Notes: generated by a model from the letters alone, not told the origin. 64,000 nt of DNA from Candidatus Hydrogenedentota bacterium (GCA_963745075.1 CAVUWV010000009.1:160001-224000), one strand, 5' to 3'; numbered from the stretch's first letter, positions 39,758 to 50,413 are shown. Numbers and translations are program-made.

Positions 39758-40765
39758 TTACAGTCGTCGAACGACTGCGTCCGCGAAGTCCGTAGTCCCG
39801 CCGGTGCCGCCGATATCCCGGGTTAGCTCGGCAGGATTGCCTTCCGCAAGCACGGCGTCGTAGGCTTCGCGAATTCGCGTGGCGGCATCCATTTCACCGA
39901 CGTGGTTCAGCATCATCACCCCGCTCATGATCAGGGCCAGGGGGTTGGCCATGTTCTTCCCGGCAATATCCGGCGCGCTCCCGTGGACGGCTTCAAAGAC
40001 TGCGCACCCGTCGCCGATGTTTGCGCCGGGCACAACGCCGAGACCGCCCACGAGGCCCGCGCATAAGTCGCTCACGATGTCGCCGTAGAGGTTTTCCATC
40101 AGTACCACGTCGAACCGCGTCGGGTCGCGGACCAGTTGCATGCAGCCGTTGTCGATGATCAGTTCTTCGTACTCGACCCCGTTCGCCATCGCGTCTCGCA
40201 CTTCGCGCGCGCAGGTCAGGAACAATCCGTCGGATTTCTTCAGGATGTTTGCTTTGTGAAAGACCGTGACGCGTTTACGCTCGCGCGCGTGGCAATAGTT
40301 GAAAGCAAACTTCGCGATACGCTCGCACGCGGGTCGCGTCGCGATCTTCAGGCTTTGCACCACCCCCGCAGTGATTTCGTTTTCGAGGCCCGAATACAGG
40401 CCCTCCGTATTCTCGCGCACCACCACCAGGTCGACATTCTCATACCGTGTCTTGACGCCCGGCAAGGACCGTACGGGACGAACCGCCGCGTAGAGGTTGA
40501 GGCGTTTGCGAAGTCCAACGTTCACGCTGGTGAATCCGCCTCCGATGGGCGTGGTTACCGGACCTTTCAGCGCGACGCGATGGGCTTCGATGGCCCGCAC
40601 CGTTTCTTCCGGAAGCACTTCGCCGTACTTTTCCACGGCTGCCGCCCCGGCAGGTAGCGAAACCCAATCCACTTTCACGCCGGACGCATCGATGACTTGC
40701 TGCGCAGCAAGTGAAACTTCCGGCCCGATGCCGTCACCCGAAATAATACAAATCGTATGAGCCAT
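39758..40765 (-). CDS. Isocitrate/isopropylmalate dehydrogenase family protein (likely NAD-dependent IDH)
   Basis: GDGIGPEV, SVNVGLRKRL, RENTEGLY, HKANI, NLYGDIVSDL, FEAVHGSAPDIAGK. Confidence 0.9.
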   Translation of the reverse strand: MAHTICIISGDGIGPEVSLAAQQVIDASGVKVDWVSLPAGAAAVEKYGEVLPEETVRAIEAHRVALKGPVTTPIGGGFTSVNVGLRKRLNLYAAVRPVRSLPGVKTRYENVDLVVVRENTEGLYSGLENEITAGVVQSLKIATRPACERIAKFAFNYCHARERKRVTVFHKANILKKSDGLFLTCAREVRDAMANGVEYEELIIDNGCMQLVRDPTRFDVVLMENLYGDIVSDLCAGLVGGLGVVPGANIGDGCAVFEAVHGSAPDIAGKNMANPLALIMSGVMMLNHVGEMDAATRIREAYDAVLAEGNPAELTRDIGGTGGTTDFADAVVRRL

Positions 40766-40803
40766 GGTACTGCAAACCTCCGCCGCTGGCTGGCGATTCT
40801 CAC

Positions 40804-40877
40804 TTGCGAAGCAAGTTTGAAAGTCTCTGATGGAAGGGGTCTGGGGAAACCTCTTCCTCAGAAAAAGTTTCCCCAGA
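40804..40877. repeat. REP-like palindrome, copy 1 (related to 57878-57950)
   Basis: TTGCGAAGCAA, AAAGTCT, then stem TCTGGGGAAAC/GTTTCCCCAGA around TTCCTCAGAAAA. Confidence 0.65.
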
Positions 40878-40896
40878 TAATCAAAACTCTGTGATT

Positions 40897-41310
40897 CTAT
40901 AATGCGTCCGCGCCTGCGGTAGCACAGGCGTGATCGTTTTCGACGCTGGAACCGGAAACGCCGATGGCACCGACGACGTTGCCCGATTCGTCCTTCAGCG
41001 GCACGCCGCCGGGGAACGTGATCAGCCCGCCGTTCGACACTTCGATATTGTACAACGAGCCGCCCGGCTGGCTCAGTTCACCGATAGCGCCGGTCGGCAT
41101 GTCGAAAAACCGCGCCGTCCGTGCCTTCTTGATCGAAATGTCGATGCTGCCCAGCCACGCGCCGTCCATGCGGGCGAACGCCTTGAGATTCGCGCCCGCG
41201 TCGACCACCGCAATGTTCATTTTACAATTAATCTCGGTAGCCTTCTTCCGGGCCGCCTCGACGACGCGCTGCGCCGACTCCAATTCAATATCCGGTGTGT
41301 TCAGACCCAT
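40897..41310 (-). CDS. GlcG/HbpS-family heme-binding protein
   Basis: [39 protein letters not shown]. Confidence 0.9.
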   Translation of the reverse strand: MGLNTPDIELESAQRVVEAARKKATEINCKMNIAVVDAGANLKAFARMDGAWLGSIDISIKKARTARFFDMPTGAIGELSQPGGSLYNIEVSNGGLITFPGGVPLKDESGNVVGAIGVSGSSVENDHACATAGADAL

Positions 41311-41488
41311 GGTCTAAGCTCCTCCTTTGTCCAGTTAACAAACGGAATGCACCCCTTAGAGTTTCCGTTTCGCTTGCACCAACCGCAAAAGTAGCATCGG
41401 TCACGGGCCGGGTCAAGGTGACGCCTTGATTGTACTGGATGCCTTTGCCAGACTGCGGTCGTATCAAATGACGCGGGAGGGAGGACGC

Positions 41489-42478
41489 ATGCGCAAAGGA
41501 TTGCTCGCTGCCTGGACCGACTACTTCGTGCTCTGGGTCGTGGTCTTTTCCGCGCTGGCCTATCTGGTCCCGCGGCCCTTTGCGGCCCTTGCGCCTGCAA
41601 TCGTGCCGGGGCTCGGCGTGATCATGTTTGGCATGGGCATGACCCTCGTTCCGGACGATTTCGCCCGCGTGGCCCGGATGCCGCGCGCGGTGTTATGCGG
41701 CGTAATTGGGCAATTCTGTATCATGCCTCTGGTCGCGTGGGTGCTGGCGAAGGGATTCCGGCTCTCTCCGGAATTCGCCATGGGCTTTATTATTCTTGGC
41801 GCTTGCCCCGGCGGGACCGCCTCCAATGTAATTGCGTATCTCGCCAAGGCCGACGTCGCCCTCTCCGTGACGATGACGGCCTGTTCGACCGTGCTTGCTA
41901 TCTTCCTGACGCCGTGGCTCATCGGCGTGTTGGGAGGCCAGTTTCTGCCCGTGGACTCCTGGGCGCTCTTCATGAGCGTCATCAAAATCGTGCTGATCCC
42001 GGTTGCGGGGGGATTCGCCGTTCGGTATTTCCTGCGTAAGCGCGTCGAAAGGTTTCTGAATGTCTTCCCGGCGATATCCGTTCTGGTGATTGTGCTGATC
42101 ATCGCCGCCATCGTGGCCTTGTCCCGGGATACGCTGCCGGACGCGCTCGGACTGCTGGGTTTCCTCGTGGTGGTCCATAATTTCACCGGCATGGCGTTGG
42201 GCTATGGCTTAGCCACCATGTTCCGCTTGCCCCGCAACGCCCGCCGGACCATCGCCATCGAAGTCGGCATGCAGAACAGCGGGCTCGGCGTGGCCCTGGC
42301 CAAGGCGCACTTTGAAAGCGTCCTCGTCGCACTTCCGGCCAGCCTGTTCAGCGTGGTCCACAACCTCAGCGGCTCCTACCTCGCCAGCTACTGGCGGCGA
42401 GATCATCCGACGGATTCGTCCGATCCGCCTGATCCGTCGGATCCGCCTGATCGCGATCCGGAGGCCGGACCTCACTAA
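41489..42478 (+). CDS. Bile acid:sodium symporter (BASS) family transporter
   Basis: GVIMFGMGMTL, CPGGTASNV, IAIEVGMQNSGLG, FSVVHN. Confidence 0.92.
   Translation: MRKGLLAAWTDYFVLWVVVFSALAYLVPRPFAALAPAIVPGLGVIMFGMGMTLVPDDFARVARMPRAVLCGVIGQFCIMPLVAWVLAKGFRLSPEFAMGFIILGACPGGTASNVIAYLAKADVALSVTMTACSTVLAIFLTPWLIGVLGGQFLPVDSWALFMSVIKIVLIPVAGGFAVRYFLRKRVERFLNVFPAISVLVIVLIIAAIVALSRDTLPDALGLLGFLVVVHNFTGMALGYGLATMFRLPRNARRTIAIEVGMQNSGLGVALAKAHFESVLVALPASLFSVVHNLSGSYLASYWRRDHPTDSSDPPDPSDPPDRDPEAGPH
42404..42460 (+). repeat. Degenerate 9-bp tandem repeat (GATCCGnnn) encoding a D/P-rich tail
   Basis: catccgacg-gattcgtcc-gatccgcct-gatccgtcg-gatccgcct-gatcgc. Confidence 0.7.
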
Positions 42479-42602
42479 GCCAGCGGGCCGTCACATTTGA
42501 TACGCGCGCAGGGCATGCTATATTGGGGCGGGCTGCAAGGTGTCCCTTGCCGGCCCCGCTTCGTAGTATTCCGGTGCAACCAGATGAGATGTGCGCGCGC
42601 GT

Positions 42603-44000
42603 ATGCAAGTGAACCGTGAACTGACCCCCGCCGACCTGCGTCCGTTGCTGGCGCGGTTTTTCGAATTGGCGGGCGGCAAGATTCTTTCTCTGAACGACGC
42701 CTGGGATCCGGCAAAAGGTGCGCCGGTCTTCACGCGTCGTGGCGCCTATACCGCCCGCGGTTGGACCGAATGGACACAAGGATTCCAATACGGTTGCCAA
42801 ATCCTCCAGTTTGACGCCACCGGCGATAAGCAATTCCTGCGTCTGGGCCGCGAGAACACGATTCGTCACATGGCGCCCCACGTGACGCATTTCGGCGTTC
42901 ACGACCACGGTTTTAACAACGTGTCCACCTACGGAAACCTCCGCCGGTTGGCCCTGGAAGGGAAGACCACCGAAACGCCCGACGCGATGGAACTTTACGC
43001 GCTGGCTTTGAAAGCATCCGGCGCCGTTCAGGCCGCGCGCTGGACGACCATCACGGACGGCACCGGTTACATTCATTCATTCAACGGTCCCCAATCCTTG
43101 TTTAGCGATACCATCCGGTCGTGCCGGGTGTTGATGCTGGCGCACCAATTGGGCCACGTGCTGATGGGGGAGAACGACCGGAAAATTTCATTGCTGGGGC
43201 GCGCCGTCGAACACATGACGAACACTGCGAAATACAACGTGTACTACGGCAAGCGGCGCGACGCCTACGACGTGCGCGGCCGCGTCGCCCACGAAAGCAT
43301 CTTTAACGTAACCGACGGCGCCTACCGATGTCCGAGTACCCAACAAGGGTACTCGCCGTTCTCGACGTGGACGCGGGGTCTCGCCTGGATTTTGCTGGGA
43401 TACGCGGAGGAACTCGAATGCCTCAAGGCGATCGGCGACGCGGATCTCAAACCTTGCGGTGGACGCAAGAAGGTCACGGCAACGATGCTCGAAGCGGCGC
43501 AGGCCACCGCCGACTTCTACATCGCGCACACGGCTGCGGACGGCATTCCCTATTGGGATACCGGCGCGCCCGGATTGGGTCGCATGCCCGATCGCTACGA
43601 CACGCCGTCGCAACCGGACAATCCCTATGAACCCGTGGATAGTTCCGCCGCGGCCATTGCTGCCCAGGGCTTGTTGCGCCTTGGCCGAATTCTGGGCGTC
43701 GTAGACGCCGGCAAGAAGTACTATCAAGCCGGACTGTCGGTTGCACGGACCCTGTTTTCGCCGCCGTATCTGTCCGAGGTCAAGAAGCACCAGGGGCTGG
43801 TTCTGCACTCCGTGTATCATCGGCCCAACGGGTGGGACTACGTTCCGCGCCGGAAGAAAGTCCCCTTCGGAGAGTCGTCCATGTGGGGTGATTATCACGC
43901 GATGGAGTTGGCGGTGTATATTCAGCGGCTGGCGGATCACGGCCGCTATCTCGCGTTTTTCGATCAACCCCATGTCGCGGCGACGACAGGCGCACCCTAA
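42603..44000 (+). CDS. GH88-like unsaturated glucuronyl hydrolase
   Basis: WTEWTQGF, HDHGF, STWTRGLAW, IPYWD, DSSAAAIAA, WGDYH. Confidence 0.8.
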   Translation: MQVNRELTPADLRPLLARFFELAGGKILSLNDAWDPAKGAPVFTRRGAYTARGWTEWTQGFQYGCQILQFDATGDKQFLRLGRENTIRHMAPHVTHFGVHDHGFNNVSTYGNLRRLALEGKTTETPDAMELYALALKASGAVQAARWTTITDGTGYIHSFNGPQSLFSDTIRSCRVLMLAHQLGHVLMGENDRKISLLGRAVEHMTNTAKYNVYYGKRRDAYDVRGRVAHESIFNVTDGAYRCPSTQQGYSPFSTWTRGLAWILLGYAEELECLKAIGDADLKPCGGRKKVTATMLEAAQATADFYIAHTAADGIPYWDTGAPGLGRMPDRYDTPSQPDNPYEPVDSSAAAIAAQGLLRLGRILGVVDAGKKYYQAGLSVARTLFSPPYLSEVKKHQGLVLHSVYHRPNGWDYVPRRKKVPFGESSMWGDYHAMELAVYIQRLADHGRYLAFFDQPHVAATTGAP

Positions 44001-44010
44001 ACGGTAAGGG

Positions 44011-44373
44011 ATGACGACTATGGACAACGACACTCCCATCGAGCCCGGTCCCGTCAGCGGCGAGGAGAAGTATCAACTTCGTATCGAACCGAAAGCGGAA
44101 CCGGCCGAACTGCACAAGCTGCCGCTCTGGTTGCTCTGGCCCACGCTCATTCCACTCTTCGTATGGATGATCGTGCCGCAATACGGGGCAATCTGTTTTG
44201 CCGTTGCAGCGGTACTTCTTTTCGCGGCGATCTGGATCATGTTGCGAAAAGAGCGCAGCGTTGACACGACCAGCGTCGATCGTGAATTGCTCTTGTATTT
44301 GCTCACCGCAATGACCGGCGGATTCGCCTTGGCCTGTTGTGTGTTTGTATCTATCGGCCATTTCGTGACGTAG
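44011..44373 (+). CDS. Hypothetical membrane protein
   Basis: 120 aa, about 3 TM helices, lies between co-oriented genes. Confidence 0.6.
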   Translation: MTTMDNDTPIEPGPVSGEEKYQLRIEPKAEPAELHKLPLWLLWPTLIPLFVWMIVPQYGAICFAVAAVLLFAAIWIMLRKERSVDTTSVDRELLLYLLTAMTGGFALACCVFVSIGHFVT

Positions 44374-44417
44374 GCGTGTGAGAGTCGAGTTTGGAAGAGT
44401 ACACCATAGGAAGCAGC

Positions 44418-45565
44418 ATGAAGACGCACACCGTAGGCATCATCATGAACGGCGTTACGGGCCGTATGGGCACCAACCAGCACCTCGTGCGTTCGATCCT
44501 GGCGATCCGCGAACAGGGCGGCGTTCGTATCAATGACGGAGAAACGATCCTGCCCGAACCCGTTCTCACCGGCCGCAGCGAGGCCAAACTGGCGACGCTT
44601 TCCGCCGCTCACGGCGGGTTGCCGTATTCGACCGACGTCGATTCGCTGCTGAAAGACGAGAAGTACTCCTTGTATTTCGACGCCCAAACCACCCCGCGCC
44701 GGTACGCCGACGTGAAGAAGGCCATCGCTGCCGGCAAGCACATCTACTGCGAAAAGCCCACCGCGACCACGTCCGCCGACGGGCTCGACTTGTATCGGTT
44801 GGCGAGCGAGGTCGGCATCAAACACGGGGTGGTTCAGGACAAACTCTGGCTTCCGGGATTCCGCAAACTGAGCTACCTGATCGACACCGGATTCTTTGGC
44901 GAGATCCTGTCGGTCCGCGGCGAGTTCGGGTACTGGGTATTTACCGGCGAAACCCAGCCCGCGCAGCGTCCCTCCTGGAACTACCGGAAAGCGGACGGCG
45001 GCGGCATCATTCTCGATATGTTCTGCCATTGGCGTTACGTCATCGACAACCTCTTCGGTAACATCACGGCGGTCTCGGCGCTCGGCGCGACCCACATCAA
45101 ACGCCGGTGGGACGAGCGCGGCCAACCCTACGAGTGCGACACCGACGACGCCGCCTACGCTACCTTCATGACGGACCGCAACATCATTTGTCATTTCAAC
45201 TCATCCTGGTGCACCCGGGTGCGGCGCGACGATCTGCGTCACCGATTCACGTCGACGGGACCAAAGGTTCCGCGGTCGCGGGGCTACGCGAATGTTGGGT
45301 CCAACCCGACGCGGCAACGCCGAAGCCCGTATGGAATCCCGATATCGAGAGTCCTATCGACTACCGTGCCGGTTGGGAGCGCGTGCCGACAAATACGAAC
45401 TACGACAACGCGTTCAAAGTTCAGTGGGAGTTGTTCCTGCGCCACCTGGTTCTGGACGAACCGTTTCGCTGGGACCTGAAAGAAGGCGCCAAAGGCGTTC
45501 AACTCGCGGAGCTGGGCCATTTGTCGTGGCAGGAGCGACGCTGGATCGACGTACCGGAGTTATAG
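44418..45565 (+). CDS. Gfo/Idh/MocA oxidoreductase; frameshifted at ~45238-45244
   Basis: MNGVTGRMG, HIYCEKP, SWNYRKADGGGIILDM; removing two G gives RRDDLLTIHVDGTKG. Confidence 0.85.
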
Positions 45566-45585
45566 CCCGAATGGGAGGTTCCGCA

Positions 45586-46863
45586 ATGAAAATGCGCACG
45601 TTTACGATTATTGTATTGGTCCTGGTTCTCGCAATTCCGGCTTTTGCAGATTTCAAGGCAGGGGTCGCGGTTCGTGTGGTGACACCCGACCATCTGCTGC
45701 CGATTTCGGGCGGGACCGGACCGTCGGTCATGCCCACCCAGCAGCAGGGAGACCTGACCGTGCGGGCGTTGGTCCTGGAGGACGACGACACGCGGGTCGC
45801 GATCATTTGTGGCGACTTTCTCGGTTTTCCTCACGCCTTGGGCGACCTCGTGCGCGACCAGGTCAAGGACATTCCGCGCGATAACATCCTCATCGGCGTG
45901 ACGCACGTCCACAGCGCGCCGGACATGTACGCCTTCCCGAATGGAAACGGCGGCACCGACGCGGATCTCGATTACATCCAATACGTCTGCGATCGCATGG
46001 CCGAGGCCATCAACGAAGCCAGCGCCAATACGCAGCCCGCGTCTGTCAAAATCAATACGGGCGAAGCTGCGGACGGGATCGCGTGGAACTCTTACGCGCC
46101 GCGCTTGTACGACCCGCGGTGCAATGTCCTTCAAGTGCTGGACATCAACGGCAAGCCAATCACCACGCTCGTAAATTTCGCCATACACCCGGAGATTCTC
46201 AGCACAGACTCTAAAATCCTCAGCCCCGATCTGTGCGGGTTCCTGTACGACCGCATTCAATCGAGCGGCAATGGAATCGGCATCTTCATGAACAGCGCCC
46301 AGGGCGGCATGGTGACGGCGGACAATCGAATTGAGGCTGGCAAGGAGGAGCGCTACACCGTGGAGGAATGCCGGCGCATTGGCAACCTCCTCGCCGACGA
46401 GGCCCTGCGCATCATCGCCGACGCGCCGGTCCAGGAAGATCCCGACCTCTATTGCGCGTCCACGCGGATTTCGTTTCCCATCACGACCGGTATTATCGAC
46501 TTGGTGACGGGTTCCCCGGTCATGGAAAGCATGCTGGAACCGGACAATCACGTCTCCTGTCAGTTCAATGTCGTAAACCTCGGCAACGCGCAGATGATCA
46601 CGATTCCCGGCGAGGCTTTGCCGAATATCGGGTCTTACTTCAAGCGCAAGATGTACGGTAAATTCAATTTCCTGTTCGGCCTCACGAACGATGCCTTCGG
46701 CTACATTCTCACCAAGGAAGACTACAACGCCTTCGACGTGTACAACTACGTGTCCCGGACCAGCCTCGGCGAAATGACCGGCGACATCCTCGTGCGCGAA
46801 GGCATGAAGTTCATCGAATCCTGCGAACGCCCCTGGAATCCGCAACCGGTCGTGGCGAAGTAA
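45586..46863 (+). CDS. Secreted neutral/alkaline ceramidase-like hydrolase
   Basis: Signal peptide; VRALVL, THVHSAP, NFAIHPE, NSAQG, IPGE, GLTND..GYI. Confidence 0.6.
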   Translation: MKMRTFTIIVLVLVLAIPAFADFKAGVAVRVVTPDHLLPISGGTGPSVMPTQQQGDLTVRALVLEDDDTRVAIICGDFLGFPHALGDLVRDQVKDIPRDNILIGVTHVHSAPDMYAFPNGNGGTDADLDYIQYVCDRMAEAINEASANTQPASVKINTGEAADGIAWNSYAPRLYDPRCNVLQVLDINGKPITTLVNFAIHPEILSTDSKILSPDLCGFLYDRIQSSGNGIGIFMNSAQGGMVTADNRIEAGKEERYTVEECRRIGNLLADEALRIIADAPVQEDPDLYCASTRISFPITTGIIDLVTGSPVMESMLEPDNHVSCQFNVVNLGNAQMITIPGEALPNIGSYFKRKMYGKFNFLFGLTNDAFGYILTKEDYNAFDVYNYVSRTSLGEMTGDILVREGMKFIESCERPWNPQPVVAK

Positions 46864-46878
46864 CCGCGAGTCGAAGGG

Positions 46879-47044
46879 AAGAACATCCCCTTAGTCCCCC
46901 TTCAAAGGGGGAATAGATCGCAACGCTTTGCGTTGCGTGTTCCGGGACCCATGATTTTGTCGTAAGGTGAGCGAAAATTCATCGACCAGTGAAGGTTGTG
47001 ATGCAAAATTCCCCCTTTGAAGGGGGATCAAGGGGGATGTTCTT
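46879..47044. repeat. Inverted pair of ~36-bp REP-like palindromes (46879-46914 and 47008-47044)
   Basis: AAGAACATCCCCTTAGTCCCCCTTCAAAGGGGGAAT versus ATTCCCCCTTTGAAGGGGGATCAAGGGGGATGTTCTT. Confidence 0.85.
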
Positions 47045-47080
47045 ACGAAAGCACGGACCAGGTCCGTAAGGAGGCGAGCG

Positions 47081-48277
47081 ATGAATCATAGGCTTGATCG
47101 CCGTACATTTCTCAGAAGCGCATTCGCTGCCGCCGGATCCGTCGCGCTTGCCGATTTGCTGCCTGCAATTCCGGCCTACGCCGACCAACACAACCTGAAG
47201 ATCACCGCCGTCGAGCCGTACGTGCTCAAAGGCTCTAAATGTTTCGTCCTCGTGCGCACCGACACGGGGATTACCGGCATCGGCGAAGTCAGTCCCATGA
47301 ACGCGCCCGCCGCTGCGCACCTCATCGCCAACGAATTCGCCGCGCTGCTCATCGGCATGAATCCCCTCGACATCGAGCGCTGCTGGGAACGCGTCTATTA
47401 CCGCACCTACAAACAGGGCGTCATGGGTCTGCAACCCGAAGCCCTCGCCGGGATCGACATCGCCCTGTGGGACATCCTCGGCAAGGTCACCGGACTTCCC
47501 ATCAGCCAATTGCTCGGCGGCAAACGCCGCGACTGGGTCCGCGTCTACGCCAGCATCGGCGGCGGCGCCCAGTCCACCCCGCAGAAGATGGCCGAACGCG
47601 CGGAGAAGGCTGTCGCCGAAGGTTTTACTGCCGTCAAGATTCGCATGGACTACGGTCCCATCCCACCCGACGTGAATGTGAAGAAAGACCTGGAAACGCT
47701 GGCCACCGTTCGCAAGGCCATCGGCGACGACATCGACCTCGGCTACAACGTCAACAATGGCTACTCTGCGCAAACCGCCATCCGTGTAGGCAAAGAGATC
47801 GAAGCGTTCAACGTGATCCATTACGAAGAACCCGTCGCCCAGACCGACTACGCCGGGTACGCCCAGGTGGTCGAAGCCGTCGATGTGCCGGTCGCCGCGG
47901 GCGAACACGAATACACGCGCTGGCAGTTCCGCGACCTCATCGAACAGGCCAACCCCGACATCGTCCAGCCCGACCTCGTGAAATGCGCCGGTATCTCCGA
48001 AGCCGTCAAGATCGCCGCCCTCGCCTCCGCCCATCACAAACTGCTCTGCCCGCACCAGACCCAACCCACCGTCGGCCAGGCCGCAAACCTCCACTTCACC
48101 TCCGTCTTCGTCACCAACGACATGGCCCAGGAACTCGCCGAAGGCGCCATGCACAGCGACCTCCACACGCTCTTCACCAACCCCCTCGAATTCAAAGACG
48201 GCCGCCTCAAAGTTCCCGAAGGCCCCGGCCTCGGCCTGGACTTGGATGAAGCGCGGTTGCGAGAAATGGCAGGATAG
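47081..48277 (+). CDS. Mandelate racemase/muconate lactonizing enzyme family protein with Tat signal
   Basis: LDRRTFLR, AGIDIALWDILGK, YEEP, AAGE, VQPD, PEGPGLG; AAGGAGG RBS. Confidence 0.9.
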   Translation: MNHRLDRRTFLRSAFAAAGSVALADLLPAIPAYADQHNLKITAVEPYVLKGSKCFVLVRTDTGITGIGEVSPMNAPAAAHLIANEFAALLIGMNPLDIERCWERVYYRTYKQGVMGLQPEALAGIDIALWDILGKVTGLPISQLLGGKRRDWVRVYASIGGGAQSTPQKMAERAEKAVAEGFTAVKIRMDYGPIPPDVNVKKDLETLATVRKAIGDDIDLGYNVNNGYSAQTAIRVGKEIEAFNVIHYEEPVAQTDYAGYAQVVEAVDVPVAAGEHEYTRWQFRDLIEQANPDIVQPDLVKCAGISEAVKIAALASAHHKLLCPHQTQPTVGQAANLHFTSVFVTNDMAQELAEGAMHSDLHTLFTNPLEFKDGRLKVPEGPGLGLDLDEARLREMAG

Positions 48278-48372
48278 GTAGAGCACGTGCAATAGGCCGG
48301 AACAACCAATACGGGTTCGCCTCGTGTACAATATGCCTGCAAGTGCGGATGGAGAAGCTAGGGAGGCACGTA

Positions 48373-48846
48373 ATGTCGCGGTTGAATTTGCTCGTAGGCG
48401 AAAGCGGCCACAGTGGCTTCACCGAAGCGGTTAGAATTCTTGTCCGGGATACCTTCCACGGACCCATTGGCGACTTCCACATAATGTGGTACGCCAACGA
48501 CATCGTGCAATTGACAGGCCCCCTTCGCATTGGTTGCCATGTGCTCTTCATGAACAACCTTTGGTACGACGGCCGAGGGCGCACCGGTTTCGATTTGACT
48601 GCCGCGTCTCTTCGTTTTATGCGAGACCTTCGCGCCGCGACGGACGCGCCAATACTTGCGTCCTTCGCATGTCCGGATGACGTTGACTACCCGGATAGGC
48701 TATACAGAGCGGGTGCTGACTTTGTTGCACGCGCCCCGTTTGACTCGAACGCATTCCAGGAAGCTATACGGCGACTGCTTGCTTCACATCCCGCTCCACC
48801 TCGCCTTGGACGATTCCTCCAGATGCGCGATTACGACACGAATTGA
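48373..48846 (+). CDS. Hypothetical protein, possible atypical receiver (CheY-like) domain
   Basis: LRAATDAPIL...YRAGADFVARAPFD resembles a receiver C-terminus; GGAGG RBS. Confidence 0.45.
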   Translation: MSRLNLLVGESGHSGFTEAVRILVRDTFHGPIGDFHIMWYANDIVQLTGPLRIGCHVLFMNNLWYDGRGRTGFDLTAASLRFMRDLRAATDAPILASFACPDDVDYPDRLYRAGADFVARAPFDSNAFQEAIRRLLASHPAPPRLGRFLQMRDYDTN

Positions 48847-49310
48847 CATTCTACTCACCCCAATACCGAGCCTTGATTCCGAACCTGAAGTATGCTTAGT
48901 GATACTGCTACTCCTGTGGCAGAGCGTGGCGTACACGAATAGGAGTAGTTGACACGTACTTCGGAACGTGTTTTACTACTCTCAGCCTTGGGGATTGTAC
49001 GCGCGCCAATCGGAGGGGAGGGAATCTGCAATGGATCTCGTGGTGTTCATCATCAATTTCATCCTCGGCTTCTTTTTCGGGTACGGCTTCACAAGTTTCT
49101 TCTTCTAGTCGGGGAGCATTGGCACGACTTGGCCGTGTCGGTATGCGCATTCGTGCAGCGCGAGGCACCGGAAAGACCGCTGCAAGTCGCGAAGCGGTGG
49201 CTTAGTCCGTTGTGAGTAAACGGTCTCGACTACGGCTTCACAAGTTGTCTCCTTTGACCCAGGTCAATCAGTCGGGAAGGGGCTTCAGCTTTTCGGGGGA
49301 GGGTAGAAAG

Positions 49311-50090
49311 ATGCGGAGTGTGGCAGGTCAATGGGCACTATTGTTTGTCTCCGCTCTCGTTATCATCGGATTGGGTTGTCCTGGCAATGGTAACGACAAC
49401 GGAAATGACGACAACGCGGGGAATGGCAACACCAATGATGTAGGAACGGGAGATGGAACTTTCAGCGGCCCGGTTACGTATGCGCTTGCCGGGAATCCTT
49501 ATGGGCTTGTGACAAGCGACTTTCCATCCTCGTCAATCGTCTACGGCTATCTGAACGGCGACTCGCATGTTGATCGGGCGTCCATTTATGGGGACAGTGT
49601 TCTCGTTGAATTGGGCAAAACGGATGGCAGTTTTCAACCCGGTGTGGCTTATTACGTCAGTTATTTCGCGGTAACGGCCATCACGTTAGGCGACGTGAAC
49701 GGCGACGGAGTTTTGGATATTTGCGTTGCGTTCGTTGTCACTGACGCCTATCTCGGTGTGTTCTTGGGCAATGGCGACGGGACTTTCGGCGGGTTGATCT
49801 CAACGAAGATGTCTGATGGGGTCAATGCCCTTGGTGCAGCCGATTTCGATTCCGACGGTGACGACGACATTGCGGCAGCCACGTACCTAAACAGCTTCGG
49901 AGTCCAAATAATGCGAAGCCACGGGAATGGCAAGTTCGGGAGAACTGGTGTGTACAGCCTTATCGATCCGCCTGAGAGTATTCTTGTGGATGACTTGGAC
50001 GGAGACGGTGTCATCGATGTCGCGGTCAAATCCGACACTTACGGGGGTTCTCTGCCTGAGACACTCAGCGTGTTGCTTGGGAACCCATAG
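49311..50090 (+). CDS. FG-GAP/VCBS repeat lipoprotein
   Basis: Lipobox GLGC, Asn/Gly/Asp-rich linker, GDVNGDGVLD, ADFDSDGDDD, DDLDGDGVID. Confidence 0.8.
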   Translation: MRSVAGQWALLFVSALVIIGLGCPGNGNDNGNDDNAGNGNTNDVGTGDGTFSGPVTYALAGNPYGLVTSDFPSSSIVYGYLNGDSHVDRASIYGDSVLVELGKTDGSFQPGVAYYVSYFAVTAITLGDVNGDGVLDICVAFVVTDAYLGVFLGNGDGTFGGLISTKMSDGVNALGAADFDSDGDDDIAAATYLNSFGVQIMRSHGNGKFGRTGVYSLIDPPESILVDDLDGDGVIDVAVKSDTYGGSLPETLSVLLGNP

Positions 50091-50131
50091 GCGGGGTGCA
50101 ACGTACGAGATTCCTGATTGGGTGCGGCTAT

Positions 50132-50353
50132 TCAGAAGTCAATGAGGTCATGAACCGTGACGCCGCAACGGCGGGCAATCTTGTAGAGGGTGTAGATTCG
50201 TGGGTTGGCGTTGCCGTACTCAATTTCCTGGAGGCTGCGGGCGGCTAGGGCCAGCGGGCCTTCGTCCTCGAAATCTTCCTGCGTCAAGCCCTTCGCTTCA
50301 CGAAGGGAGCGGATGCGCTCCCCGAGCTTGCGCAAGAATTGCTCCTGTCCCAT
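50132..50353 (-). CDS. XRE-family helix-turn-helix regulator
   Basis: LGERIRSLREAKGLTQE...IEYGNANPRIYTLYKIA. Confidence 0.85.
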   Translation of the reverse strand: MGQEQFLRKLGERIRSLREAKGLTQEDFEDEGPLALAARSLQEIEYGNANPRIYTLYKIARRCGVTVHDLIDF

Positions 50354-50397
50354 GGCCTTCATGGGCAAAGCATAGTGCTGGCCTATTCCACTTGAAC

Positions 50398-50413
50398 ACG
50401 AGGTAAACCTCGT
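50398..50413. promoter_or_regulatory. Palindromic operator candidate ACGAGGT-aa-ACCTCGT
   Basis: Perfect 7-2-7 inverted repeat in the divergent intergenic region, between TTGAAC and TATAAC. Confidence 0.55.

Noticed and set aside
48949..49215. 88-aa ORF in the accessory patch
   Set aside because: TTG start, no recognisable features, competing ORF on the opposite strand; cannot be supported
50132..50413. Restriction-modification system controlled by a C protein
   Set aside because: XRE protein and palindrome are present, but no methyltransferase is in the window
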